Shown: positions 50,151-61,455, counted from the stretch's first letter. The stretch is DNA of 64,000 nt from Alphaproteobacteria bacterium (GCA_017962125.1 JAGCVZ010000011.1:115764-179763), one strand, 5' to 3'. Numbers and translations are program-made. Notes: generated by a model not told the origin, from the sequence alone.

Positions 50151-53100
50151 ATGAAAACAAGAACTAGAAAATCTGTGGGCGGGCGTATAAAATCAGCCTT
50201 GGTTATTGTAATTTCTTTGGGAATTATTGTTGCGTCTGGGCTTTATTGGTTTAGCCATCGCAACGCACATATGACAAAAATGGATGTCTATGTTTCGGCG
50301 CCCACAACCACGCATTTTACTGACGACATATCAACGGTCTTGTCTGATAATTTGCCAGACATAAATAATAACCGTGAAATATCTGCACCGGGAACATTGA
50401 CGATATCTTATGATGTTGTATCGGGTCCAAACAATCCGGCGTTCCAATATGATTCATCCGACGCAAAAATAGCAGAAAACATAAAAATTATACCTGCGAT
50501 TCGTGGCAAATGGAAAATGCCAACCCCGTACGAAATAACCTTTACCCCAGAACAAGATTGGCCGACAGGAACAAAGTTCACTGTAAAAATCGGTAAAAAG
50601 TTGTTCGCACGTGATGTCCGCCCAAACCGAACATCTGTATCTTTTAAAACCGAACCTATTACATCTTCGGTCGATGTCTTTAACACTTATGCTGTTCCTG
50701 GGGGTGATAATTCGGTTATAGGTATCGCAGTTATATCCTTTAATCGCCCAATCCAAACACGCGATTTTGCAAACAAGGTTTCGATGAAACTTGACGGTCA
50801 GCGTATCAATTTCAGCACAAAATTTGACAGATATATGCGAACCGCAATAATACAGACTGAACCTATCAAGATAACTGATGAAGCACAAACTTTACGTATG
50901 AAATTGAATCGTATCACCGATGCGGATGGAATTTCACAAACAGAAAAAACAACTGCAAAAACAATTATAAATACTGCCGATGATTTTTTCAGAATTGCTG
51001 ATGTTAAAACAATAACTGCCGACGATAAACTTGGTAATCCACAACAACTATTGCTGTTGGATATGACGGCGGCAGCGCGCGACGATACCGATTGGACAAA
51101 ATATGTCACCGCGTACCTTTTGCCAAAAGAATCCCCTAAAAAAGCAAACAACGAATCAGACGAAGATTCAGAAGAACCCGAAGACGATTCACATAAATGG
51201 GCCAAAGATGAAATTACACCGGAAATTCTTGGCAAATCAGAGAAACTTGCATTAAAACATGTGGATTTTGTAAATCCCGCAGGAACATATCAGTATGCTT
51301 TTTCTTATGATATCTCTGACAATGTGATACGATACATTTATGTTGATATTGCGCCGAACATGTCGTCTAAGAATGGTTTCAAAACCAAGAACGGCCTTAC
51401 CAGCGTCATGGCCGCCGCTTATCCAGAACGCAGTGTAAAAATCATTGGACGTGGCGCCCTACTCTCACTTGCTGGCGACAGAAAACTTGGTCTTGTTGCA
51501 CGCGGGGGTGTTGATACGGCGTATGTTGATATATATAAAGTAGAATCACGTGAAATAAACCATCTTATTACACAAACATACAATTTATTTTCTAATCTTG
51601 AATTTCGTGCACCATGGGTATTTGATGCTTACGATATGTCCGTTGTTTTTCAAAAAAAGATACCTTTTGCAGACACTGCCAAGAACCATGTGAATTATAC
51701 ATCCATAAATCTTGGCGAATACTTGGACCGTACGTATAATGACCAAACCGGTATATTTGTTATTAAAACTGGGGCATCACAAACCGATACAAAATATGGT
51801 GATGCGAGGCTTGTACTTTTAACGAATCTGGGGTTAATCCGCAAGATAAATCTTGATAGAACGTCTGTTGTGTTTGTGTCACACCTGTCAAACGGCAAAC
51901 CTGCCAAAGATGTTACCATTACGGTTCTTGGGCGTAACGGTCAACCGATTTGGTCTGGGGTTGCGAACCAAGACGGCATAGTTGATATTCCATATTTTTC
52001 TAATGATGAATATAGGAACGAAAAAGAACCTGTGGCAATAGTTGCACGCGATGATAATGACATATCTTTTATTCCATACAATGCCGAAGGCGAGCAAACC
52101 ACAGAATTTTCTAAATTTGATATAGGTGGCGCGTATTCATCATCAGAGACCCCATTACGTTCTTTCGTCTTTTCAGATCGGGGAATATATCGTCCTGGGG
52201 AAACAGTAATAATAGGAACCATTGTTGAAAACAAAAACTTTTCTTCGGTTGCTGAAATCCCCGTAAAAATCGAAATCACCGATCCACGTGGTCGTACGGT
52301 TATTGAAAAAAAGATTTCTCTTAATTCAAATGGGATGTTTGATATTGCACACCAATTACCCCAAGATGCAACTATTGGGCAGTATGATATCAGTGTTTAT
52401 TCACTTAACAATCGTGGTCGTATCCAAGATTCCATCGGCAATGGGACATTTAATGTCCAAGAATTTGTTCCGGACACTATGAAAATTACGGCAAAATTTG
52501 ACGATGCAAAAACTAATGGTTGGATGTCCCCAGAAAACATTGTTGCAAACGTTTTCCTAAACAATCTTTACGGAACACCGGCAACAGATCGCCGAATTTC
52601 CGCACACGCAACATTACATCCGTACGATTTTAGTTTTGATGAATACCGCGGTTATAAATTCACCGGTAATTTTACCTCTAATGGTGTTATATCCAAAGGC
52701 TTTGCCCGCACCGGTCAAACTTTTAAAATAGATTTGCCTGATGTACGCACTGATGAAAACGGCGTTGCAAAAATAGATGTTAATTTCAATCGTGAAATCC
52801 CCACTGGCACGTACATGTTAAACCTTGAAATCAAAGGATTTGAAGCCGGCGATGGCAAGAGCATACAAACAACAATTTCATCGCGTGTATCAAATTTAAA
52901 ATATCTTATAGGTTTTCATCCAGATTCTGATTTGTCATATATTGCGCGCGATTCTAAACACAAAATTAAACTTGTTGCACTGGATAGTGATGCCAAGGTA
53001 ACCGATACTGACGAACTTAATGTAAAATTAATAAAACGTGAAACATTGACAAGTCTTATCAAGGATTATTCAAACAATTATAAATATAAAACTATTTCCC

Positions 53101-55916
53101 GCGACACAACGATTTCGCAATCACAATTATCTATACCAAAAAAAGGAACCGATATTGAATTAAACACAAAAAATGGCGGAACATATTATATTCAAATCAC
53201 CGATGCGCAAGATAATATCTTAGCAAATATAGAATACTTTGTTGTATCGGATGAAAATGCTGAACTTGGAGGTGAAACAAACGCTGAATTACAAATAAAA
53301 CTCGATAAATCTGAATACAAACCTGGTGAAACAATAAATATCGGAATCGTCGCACCATACGCCGGCACAGGGTTAATTACAATTGAACGCGACAAAGTTT
53401 ATGCGTATTCTTGGTTTAATGCGACAACCACCGCTTCAACCCAAAAGATAACCCTGCCCGATAATTTTGAAGGCACAGGTTATGTAAATGTGTCATTCGT
53501 CCGTGATATCAACAGTCGTGACATATTCACAAGTCCGTACACTTATGCTGTTGCACCTTTTTCAACAAACATTGATAAACACAAAATAAACATAGAATTA
53601 GATACGCCGTCAATCATCAGGGATAATAAACTCGGGATAAAATACAAAACCAACAAAGATTCTGATTTAATGATTTTTGCGGTGAACACAGGTATTTTAC
53701 AAATTGCCGGATACACAATTCCTAACCCAATAAAATACTTTTTTCAAAAGGCGGCTTTGCAAGTTCAAACGACCCAGATATTGTCGCTTTTGCTACCCGA
53801 ATACAGTATTTTGCGGGAAATAGCAAAAACCGGTGGTAGCGATTACGCATCGGCAGACTTTGCCAACGAACAAGTTGCGCTTGTGAACCCATTTGCACGC
53901 AAAAATGTTCCTCCGATAGCATTTTATTCGGGTATATTAAAAACAAAAGCAAATGAAGAAAAAGAAATAACTTTTGAAATTCCAGAATACTTTAACGGTT
54001 CGATTGATGTTTACGCGGTTGCCGCTTCAGATGGTGCAATTGGTTCGGCACGCGAAAACACTATTGTTCAATCCCCCGTGATAATATCAGTATCTGCACC
54101 ACTATTTGTGGCCCCAGATGATAAATTCACAGTAAACACAATAGTATCAAACCTAACACCTGAATCCGGGGATTCCGCAACAGCGCGCACAGATGCAACA
54201 TCTGGAAATAAATTATTAACCATTACAAATGGAACAAACACATTAACCATTCCTGAAAACACCGAAAAACTTTGGGCATTTGACGTTACCGCAAATTCTA
54301 ATCTTGGGGTTGGCGACATAAATGTATCCACGACACTATTTGATGACAAGAACAAAGCGATTGCATCACGCAGAACGTCGCACAGCTTGTCCGTTCGTCC
54401 AACGACAAGTTTTACCACAGAAATTAAAACAGGTATTTTAAAAGATAGTAACACAACGATACGTCATCTTGAACAAGACATGTACGATGAAAAATTTGCT
54501 AGGACAGTATACATTTCAAAGTCACCATCGGTTTTAATTCGACCTCTCTTTATGTATTTAAAAAATTATGATTATACCTGCACAGAACAAATGGTATCTA
54601 AAACTTTACCATACGTTTTAATGCCGGAAAATAAATTATTGGGCACCGAATATAAAGATTCTGCAGATAAAATTACAAAAACCATTCAGGTTCTTGGAAA
54701 TCGACAAAATAACGATGGTTCATTTACTCTTTGGGCAAACGGAAACGAATACGCTGATAATTTGGCAAAAGACACTACCCCATACATAAGCGCATATGTA
54801 ATGAACTTTTTAACAATGGCACGCCATGCTGGGTTTAGTGTTCCGCAATCAATGTTTGCTCGCGGAATTGATTTCTTACGCGAATATGCCACACAAAATA
54901 CAACATCTGAATCTGATGCTTTTGCAAAGGCTTTCACAATATATGTACTGACATTAAATGATTATGTCACAACAAGTTATATTGACTCTCTAGAAGAATA
55001 TATCAATAAATCCGTCAATGATTGGGAAACAGGACCGATTGGTGCATATATCGCGGCATCGTATAAAATGTTAAAACAAACAGATAAAGGCTTTAAACTA
55101 ATTTCAAAATATCGGCCAAATAAAAAATCAAAAAAATCTATCGACAATATATTTGATAATACCGTAGCAAACGATGCGATATATACGTTTATTATGAACA
55201 GATATTTTGACACACATAAAATAGATATTGAACAAAGCATTCAAGACTACATAAATGCTGGACATTATGATTCTTTTGTAGCATCAGCAATTATCATGGC
55301 AACATCGCATGATATCAAAGGGCTAAGCCTTGACGATATTGATACGATTTCCATATTCGCAGACGGTGCCGCAATAAAACCACAATACGAATCTGGGACA
55401 ATCTATGCGAATATTCCGAAAAACACGACAAAGTTGAATATTGGATGTGCAAAATGCAATAAACCGATGTTCTATGCATTGTTACAACAAGGTTTTCCCA
55501 GAAAAATTTCTACGACTTCAAATGGACTTGATGTTACAAGATTATACTATGACACTGATGGCAATGAAATTAATTCTGGTAAAATTGGCGATATTGTTAC
55601 GGTGAAAATTACAATTCACGCACGTGGCGACACTGATTATGTGGATAATGTTGTTATATCCGATTTATTACCCGGCGGATTTTCACCGATGTCGGATTCT
55701 CTTTCTGGGGACATAGACTTTAGCGAGATTCGTGAAGATCGTGTATTAATATATACTAATGTTGGGCGCACCCCCTTAGTATTTTCCTATGATGCTCAAT
55801 TATCTGTTGCTGGCGAATTCGCCGTTCCATCCGTAACAGCGGCAGCAATGTATAATTCCGGAATACGCGCCATTGCAAAAGGGGGCAAGTTTACCGTATC
55901 AAATGAAGCGAATTAA
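50151..55916 (+). CDS. Bacterial alpha-2-macroglobulin (YfhM/ECAM-like) with intact thioester motif
   Basis: About 1920 aa; N-terminal signal-anchor; MG domains; CTEQ thioester (YDYTCTEQMVS, about nt 54576); start ATG 50151 with GGATTGGGG ribosome-binding site (the track start 50136 is TTG). Confidence 0.9.
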   Translation: MKTRTRKSVGGRIKSALVIVISLGIIVASGLYWFSHRNAHMTKMDVYVSAPTTTHFTDDISTVLSDNLPDINNNREISAPGTLTISYDVVSGPNNPAFQYDSSDAKIAENIKIIPAIRGKWKMPTPYEITFTPEQDWPTGTKFTVKIGKKLFARDVRPNRTSVSFKTEPITSSVDVFNTYAVPGGDNSVIGIAVISFNRPIQTRDFANKVSMKLDGQRINFSTKFDRYMRTAIIQTEPIKITDEAQTLRMKLNRITDADGISQTEKTTAKTIINTADDFFRIADVKTITADDKLGNPQQLLLLDMTAAARDDTDWTKYVTAYLLPKESPKKANNESDEDSEEPEDDSHKWAKDEITPEILGKSEKLALKHVDFVNPAGTYQYAFSYDISDNVIRYIYVDIAPNMSSKNGFKTKNGLTSVMAAAYPERSVKIIGRGALLSLAGDRKLGLVARGGVDTAYVDIYKVESREINHLITQTYNLFSNLEFRAPWVFDAYDMSVVFQKKIPFADTAKNHVNYTSINLGEYLDRTYNDQTGIFVIKTGASQTDTKYGDARLVLLTNLGLIRKINLDRTSVVFVSHLSNGKPAKDVTITVLGRNGQPIWSGVANQDGIVDIPYFSNDEYRNEKEPVAIVARDDNDISFIPYNAEGEQTTEFSKFDIGGAYSSSETPLRSFVFSDRGIYRPGETVIIGTIVENKNFSSVAEIPVKIEITDPRGRTVIEKKISLNSNGMFDIAHQLPQDATIGQYDISVYSLNNRGRIQDSIGNGTFNVQEFVPDTMKITAKFDDAKTNGWMSPENIVANVFLNNLYGTPATDRRISAHATLHPYDFSFDEYRGYKFTGNFTSNGVISKGFARTGQTFKIDLPDVRTDENGVAKIDVNFNREIPTGTYMLNLEIKGFEAGDGKSIQTTISSRVSNLKYLIGFHPDSDLSYIARDSKHKIKLVALDSDAKVTDTDELNVKLIKRETLTSLIKDYSNNYKYKTISRDTTISQSQLSIPKKGTDIELNTKNGGTYYIQITDAQDNILANIEYFVVSDENAELGGETNAELQIKLDKSEYKPGETINIGIVAPYAGTGLITIERDKVYAYSWFNATTTASTQKITLPDNFEGTGYVNVSFVRDINSRDIFTSPYTYAVAPFSTNIDKHKINIELDTPSIIRDNKLGIKYKTNKDSDLMIFAVNTGILQIAGYTIPNPIKYFFQKAALQVQTTQILSLLLPEYSILREIAKTGGSDYASADFANEQVALVNPFARKNVPPIAFYSGILKTKANEEKEITFEIPEYFNGSIDVYAVAASDGAIGSARENTIVQSPVIISVSAPLFVAPDDKFTVNTIVSNLTPESGDSATARTDATSGNKLLTITNGTNTLTIPENTEKLWAFDVTANSNLGVGDINVSTTLFDDKNKAIASRRTSHSLSVRPTTSFTTEIKTGILKDSNTTIRHLEQDMYDEKFARTVYISKSPSVLIRPLFMYLKNYDYTCTEQMVSKTLPYVLMPENKLLGTEYKDSADKITKTIQVLGNRQNNDGSFTLWANGNEYADNLAKDTTPYISAYVMNFLTMARHAGFSVPQSMFARGIDFLREYATQNTTSESDAFAKAFTIYVLTLNDYVTTSYIDSLEEYINKSVNDWETGPIGAYIAASYKMLKQTDKGFKLISKYRPNKKSKKSIDNIFDNTVANDAIYTFIMNRYFDTHKIDIEQSIQDYINAGHYDSFVASAIIMATSHDIKGLSLDDIDTISIFADGAAIKPQYESGTIYANIPKNTTKLNIGCAKCNKPMFYALLQQGFPRKISTTSNGLDVTRLYYDTDGNEINSGKIGDIVTVKITIHARGDTDYVDNVVISDLLPGGFSPMSDSLSGDIDFSEIREDRVLIYTNVGRTPLVFSYDAQLSVAGEFAVPSVTAAAMYNSGIRAIAKGGKFTVSNEAN

Positions 55917-58248
55917 AAAAATCTTGATATATCCAGGTATTATTATCGGCACACTGGTTGTCATATGGGCAATTATCAAAGTTTTCTTTACCCCACCACT
56001 TTTAAATAACATATCTTTTTCACGCGCATATTACGACCATAATGGTAAATTACTGCGATTGACACTAGCCAATGATGACAAATATCGCATCTATACGCCA
56101 ATTTCAAAAATAAGTCCATACATCATAGACGCAATAATTTTATATGAAGACAAACACTTTTACGACCACATCGGCATAAATCCTGTATCGCTTATGCGCG
56201 CTTTGCGCCAATATGCGGCTGGGATTCCACATCCTGTTGGCGCATCAACAATTACAATGCAAGTAGCACGATTAAAATACGATATTCCAAGTAAAACTTT
56301 TTGGGGCAAAACGCAACAAATAGCATTGGCCTTGTATATCGATTTATTTTATTCAAAATCTGAAATTATCGAAGCTTATTTGAACCTTGCTCCTTATGGT
56401 AGCAACATCGAAGGCATCGGTGCCGCATCCGTAATATATTTTAACAAAGGCGCAAAAGATTTAACCAAAATAGAATCCATAACACTTGCCACGATTCCAC
56501 AAAACCCTGTAAAACGCGGACTAAACACCCCCACAGGGATAAAAAACATTGAATCAATGCGCAAAAATCTTATAAAGAAATGGATAAAAGAATATCCAGA
56601 TGACATAAACCTTTTGACTTTTTCCGACATGCCTCTTGAAACAAAGAACATCCAAGACCTGCCTTTTTTTGCACCACATTTTACTAATTATTTGAACACA
56701 AAAAAAATAAAAAAGTCCGAAATTCACACAACACTAGATTTAACACTCCAGACAGAAATGGAAAAAACTATTACCAAAGAAATTGCCGCACGCAAACAAC
56801 GCGGCATAACGAATGCAGCAGCAATTTTAGTAAATTATAAAACTATGGAAACCATTGCATATATCGGTTCTGCAAACTACTTCAACCGTGATATATACGG
56901 TGAAAACGATGGTATTCGCGCCCGTCGCAGTCCTGGCTCTACTTTAAAACCACTTATTTATGCCACTGCAACAGATGCTGGATTGATACATGGCATGACA
57001 CTATTGCGCGATTCACGCGTAAATTTTGGTGTATATGCCCCAGAAAATTCGGATAACGATTTTTACGGTCCAATTCTTGCACACGATGCATTAACTCATT
57101 CAAGAAACATCCCGGCAATAAACCTTGTTCGTGAAATAGGTATTAAAAATTTTTATAAAGTTTTATCTGATTCTGGGGTTTCAAACCTAAAACCTGCGGA
57201 ACATTACGGCGTATCAGTTGCACTTGGGGGGGCCGAAGTTTCAATGATTGAACTTGCTGACATATACGCAACCATGGCAAATCTTGGTACACGATATACT
57301 ATTAGAACAGAAATTGATACTGCAAAAGAAAAGATAAAACAACTTCTTTCGCCCGAAGCTTTCTTTCTTACACTTGATATGCTTGGACACCAAACCGCAC
57401 CAACAAAGAAAATTCCTTTTGCAAAAAAAATCAATAATCCTATTACTCACTATTGGAAAACAGGAACCTCATCATCATATCGTGATGCATGGACCGCGGG
57501 AATTTTTGGTGATTTTGTCTTGATTGTATGGGTTGGAAATTTTGATGGCACACCGAATAATGCATTCAGTGGTGCAAAATCTGCTGCGCCCATATATTTT
57601 AGTCTTGCCGATACAATCGCAAACTATTATGCATCAATCGGAACACCAATAAAAAACAACAAATTTATAACTCCAGAACTTAATATAATATCAGTTGATA
57701 TGTGCGAAATTGGCGGTGGCATCGCAGGTCCATATTGTCCACAAAAAGTCAGTTCGTATTTTATTCCCGGCAAATCGCCACTTACGCGGAACACCATCCA
57801 TCGTTCTATTCCGATTGATAATAAAACTGGACTGCGGGCATGCAATGCCGACCCAAAAACAACACATAATGAAGTTTTCGAATTTTGGGATTCTGAATAT
57901 GTTGATATGTTTAATCGTGCCGGCATAAAACGAAAGACACCCCCGACCTTTGTTCCAAATTGCTCCCAGTTGGAAACAAACGAAGATTGGAATTCCCCAA
58001 TAATTGTATCACCTATCCAAGATACAAAAATTGTAATAACATCAAATTATGATTTTGAATCCGTTGGCTTTATGGCTTTTGGCACAGATACAAATGCGAA
58101 GTTATTCTGGTTCTTGGACGACAAAACACTTGGTTCAACCCAAAGTGGTGAAGTTTTACAATATAATGTTCCAATGGGCGAACATATACTGCGTGTAACG
58201 GACACATTTGGTGCATCAAGCCAAATGAATTTTAGCATAGTCAAATAA
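55903..58248 (+). CDS. pbpC: Penicillin-binding protein 1C (glycosyltransferase plus transpeptidase)
   Basis: GT51 motif EDKHFYDHIGIN, transpeptidase SPGSTLKP (SxxK); start MKRIKKILIY overlaps the A2M stop by 14 nt; C-terminal PbpC-specific domain. Confidence 0.9.
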   Translation: MKRIKKILIYPGIIIGTLVVIWAIIKVFFTPPLLNNISFSRAYYDHNGKLLRLTLANDDKYRIYTPISKISPYIIDAIILYEDKHFYDHIGINPVSLMRALRQYAAGIPHPVGASTITMQVARLKYDIPSKTFWGKTQQIALALYIDLFYSKSEIIEAYLNLAPYGSNIEGIGAASVIYFNKGAKDLTKIESITLATIPQNPVKRGLNTPTGIKNIESMRKNLIKKWIKEYPDDINLLTFSDMPLETKNIQDLPFFAPHFTNYLNTKKIKKSEIHTTLDLTLQTEMEKTITKEIAARKQRGITNAAAILVNYKTMETIAYIGSANYFNRDIYGENDGIRARRSPGSTLKPLIYATATDAGLIHGMTLLRDSRVNFGVYAPENSDNDFYGPILAHDALTHSRNIPAINLVREIGIKNFYKVLSDSGVSNLKPAEHYGVSVALGGAEVSMIELADIYATMANLGTRYTIRTEIDTAKEKIKQLLSPEAFFLTLDMLGHQTAPTKKIPFAKKINNPITHYWKTGTSSSYRDAWTAGIFGDFVLIVWVGNFDGTPNNAFSGAKSAAPIYFSLADTIANYYASIGTPIKNNKFITPELNIISVDMCEIGGGIAGPYCPQKVSSYFIPGKSPLTRNTIHRSIPIDNKTGLRACNADPKTTHNEVFEFWDSEYVDMFNRAGIKRKTPPTFVPNCSQLETNEDWNSPIIVSPIQDTKIVITSNYDFESVGFMAFGTDTNAKLFWFLDDKTLGSTQSGEVLQYNVPMGEHILRVTDTFGASSQMNFSIVK

Positions 58249-58373
58249 ATCGGTAAAAAAATATGATGGCGAGAGAGGAAAACCCACCATCATTTTAAGG
58301 ACACAAATTTAAACAACTTCTTCTTTTTTTACACTCCTATGGTTAAAAATTTGATACCTGTCTCATTAAAATT

Positions 58374-59684
58374 TTACGCTCCCGTAACAGCCGCCATGAC
58401 CGTCCATTCAAGCTTTACAGCACCTGCCACAGAATCCCATGAAGTAACCAAAGCACAATGAACTCCTGTATTGTTTGCTGATCCGCATGCCTCTGGCATC
58501 GGTGGCAATACGTTACCCCCTAGTAACTGTCTAACCGCACTTGCCTTTACCAATTTTGCTCCATTATCGCTATCCAGCAAATCTTCCTTGGAAGAAACCA
58601 TTTGTGTTGATTTCAGACCAACGGTTGCATCAGTTCCATCACTTACAACGGCAATATATGTATCACCACTTAACTGTTGCCATCCATCAGCATACTCATA
58701 GCCACCTTGACCATCACTGGTTGCTGTTCTGTAACCAATCATAACTTGGTTCGCATCAGTTGTTTCTATTTTTGGCTGATACGTTCCACCCGCATATGCC
58801 GTCACAAAATCATAAACGTTTTTAACCGTCGGAACTTTTTTGTCTCCATCTGTTCCATTCGCATTTGCCGCAGTAATAGTAGAAGACCCGCCAAGTCCTT
58901 CTGGTAAAACCATAGAATAAACCGCACTTCCCGTGGTCAGTTTATTCGAACCATATGCAACATCGCCGATTCCTGTCCCAATCATATCACTTGCAAGGTT
59001 CACAGTATATACACCACTGTTTGCATTCATCGTAACATAGTTGTTATTTGAACCCGCGGAATTGGATGCCGCTTGCAAAGTTGTCCATGTTGGATTTGCA
59101 TTTGAATTGGCTTTGTACCCAACCTGAACACTATTAGTGCCCGCAACAGTTGAAACCTTGGGCTGGGCATAATCATAAACCGCACCCGCCGTAACAAGTT
59201 TTGCACTAGGCGCCAAATTTTCACCTTCACCAATTGTTAAATCATCAGTTATACCTGCTGCACCAGTAGCCAAATTACCAGAATTTAATAAAACCATTTT
59301 TCCATCAGGTGTCAAACCTTCTCCATCAATGTCCTCTACCCGAAGATATGTTCCGTCTGCCTGGACATTTGTTGCCACAGCATTAACATCATCCAATGCC
59401 TGTTTTACGGCTTTACCAGTAACTAACACGCCATCACCATAAGTAAGATCAACTGAATCTTTGGTGTTCCCAATATAAGTATTTTCTGTTTCGCCTCGAT
59501 TCTGACCTTGGGTGATAACAGTACCCGGAGCCCCATTAAATTTACCATCAACATACCACTTTGATGTAACGGTTACCTCATCCAATGCTCGTTGCTCTGC
59601 CGATGGTGCCGTAGCCGCCATAGCGTTTGCTGACAATACAGCCGCAGCAAAGCCTATACTTAATTTTTTGATTTTTGTTTTCAT
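58374..59684 (-). CDS. Secreted fibrous hypothetical protein (436 aa)
   Basis: Signal peptide; Gly/Thr/Ala/Asn-rich; motifs KLVTAGAVYDY and VPTVKNVYDFV. Confidence 0.55.
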   Translation of the reverse strand: MKTKIKKLSIGFAAAVLSANAMAATAPSAEQRALDEVTVTSKWYVDGKFNGAPGTVITQGQNRGETENTYIGNTKDSVDLTYGDGVLVTGKAVKQALDDVNAVATNVQADGTYLRVEDIDGEGLTPDGKMVLLNSGNLATGAAGITDDLTIGEGENLAPSAKLVTAGAVYDYAQPKVSTVAGTNSVQVGYKANSNANPTWTTLQAASNSAGSNNNYVTMNANSGVYTVNLASDMIGTGIGDVAYGSNKLTTGSAVYSMVLPEGLGGSSTITAANANGTDGDKKVPTVKNVYDFVTAYAGGTYQPKIETTDANQVMIGYRTATSDGQGGYEYADGWQQLSGDTYIAVVSDGTDATVGLKSTQMVSSKEDLLDSDNGAKLVKASAVRQLLGGNVLPPMPEACGSANNTGVHCALVTSWDSVAGAVKLEWTVMAAVTGA

Positions 59685-60015
59685 TTTTTTTCCTTTTTTT
59701 TGTTATAAACGTACTACCTCCGACATAATGTATGATGCCAAACCCACCATGCAAACACAGCACCCAAGAGATGTTATCCCTTTTTACTATCCAAACTCAG
59801 CCACTCCACGCTAAAAAGCATGTACCAAGCGACAGCGCCCACACCAGGTAACCCACAGTAAACCAGTTGGATAGACAAAACACACCTACCCTACACGACA
59901 CCGTGCATCACCACGCCAGAGACACCTCTCGACAACTGTAAAAAAATTGATTTCCCCTCTATTTTTTCTTAGTCTTTCATCCTTTTTGTTCGTTTGTTGT
60001 TGTGTTGTGTAAACC

Positions 60016-61455
60016 CTATTCTTCTTCACCTGTAACTACACGGAACCACGCTCTTTCTCCGTATTCATCAATAGCCATCACGTATCTAGCAGCACTTGCT
60101 TCTGGTTCCACATTACGCCAATGATCAACCCAATACAAAGTATCTGTTATATCTGCCGCCATTTTCTTACGTTCAATTGCGGCATCATTGGCAACATCTT
60201 CATTTTTAACCTGGTCTTTGTATGCTAAATACCCAAGTCCCAAACTATGCGTGTTTATTGACCCCGTTGTAACCATACCATCTGCGCCAACAATCAATGC
60301 TTTCCCCGCTTTGTTTTCACCTTGGTTAACATCGACCTTACCAGAAAGATCGATTACCCCAGGTATCACTTCACCACGTTCATCAACCATCAAAACCTTG
60401 CCCGCATTATCCGTTCCCTGGTCAACATCCACTTTACCCGCAAGATCTATTTCGCCTGGGCTTACCGAACCATTTTGACCAACAATCAAAACCTTGCCAG
60501 CATTTTCTTGACCTTGGACAACGTCCACCTTGTCAGCAAATTTAACTTCACTAGTTGTCACATCGCCATCTGCACCAACAAGCAAAACTTTTCCGGCTTT
60601 TTCTTCGCCCTGGGTTACATTAACTTTGCTATCTAAATCGAATTCCCCTGTTGTTATTTCACCACCCGTACCAACAACCAAAAATTTGCCTGCATTATCC
60701 TCACCCTGGTCAATATCGAGTTTCTGAGTCATTTTCTGCTCAAGACGCGCTATCCTGTCTACAACATCGCCTATCTTGGTATCCATGTTTGTAACAGATG
60801 TGTTGATATCGGCAATATCCAAGTTAGATTTTAAATCATCCCATGTTAATAATGTATCCCATTCATTATCTCCGACATACCGCCATACCACGCCATCATC
60901 AGTTGTATCCAATTCAACCTCACGACCATCATGCAAACTCAGTGCTTCTTTCAAATGGGCAAATTCAAGTATAACATCATCATTTTCAACTGTAATAAAT
61001 TCGGTACTCCCAAGTTTATCCTGTTTGTCCGCATCCAATCTTTCAGTTGTGGCTTCCAACGCATCAACACGATCAGCAAGGTTATTTACCGCCGTTGCCT
61101 CTGTGCTAATAGAACGTGGTGCGCCAATATACTTACCAATAGATAAACGTTGTGGCGACGACGCAGTCCGATTCAATCCTATTGTTCCAGAACTAACCGA
61201 AGAACCCGACGCTGTCTGACCCGCATCAGTTGAATTTCCAGACGCAGTTACTGACTTTGATGTAGCCGATACAGGCCTAACATAACCACCTGTTGAACGT
61301 AAAGAACCGGCGCGCACAGACGAAGTATTCATGTCCGTTGTCGCAGGAACTGTATTTTCCGCGCTAAGCGTCCGGACAGTTGGCGCAGCCAACACCCCCG
61401 AAGCAGACAACACAAAAAAGGATGTCAACAAAACTTTTTTAAAATATGCATTCAT
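60016..61455 (-). CDS. Secreted repeat protein with five tandem ~32-aa Q-G-x-x-N/K-A-G-K-x-L-x-V-G repeats
   Basis: Signal peptide; Ser/Thr-rich region; coiled-coil segment; repeats ...KVDVVQGQENAGKVLIVGQNGSVSPGEIDL... Confidence 0.6.
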   Translation of the reverse strand: MNAYFKKVLLTSFFVLSASGVLAAPTVRTLSAENTVPATTDMNTSSVRAGSLRSTGGYVRPVSATSKSVTASGNSTDAGQTASGSSVSSGTIGLNRTASSPQRLSIGKYIGAPRSISTEATAVNNLADRVDALEATTERLDADKQDKLGSTEFITVENDDVILEFAHLKEALSLHDGREVELDTTDDGVVWRYVGDNEWDTLLTWDDLKSNLDIADINTSVTNMDTKIGDVVDRIARLEQKMTQKLDIDQGEDNAGKFLVVGTGGEITTGEFDLDSKVNVTQGEEKAGKVLLVGADGDVTTSEVKFADKVDVVQGQENAGKVLIVGQNGSVSPGEIDLAGKVDVDQGTDNAGKVLMVDERGEVIPGVIDLSGKVDVNQGENKAGKALIVGADGMVTTGSINTHSLGLGYLAYKDQVKNEDVANDAAIERKKMAADITDTLYWVDHWRNVEPEASAARYVMAIDEYGERAWFRVVTGEEE

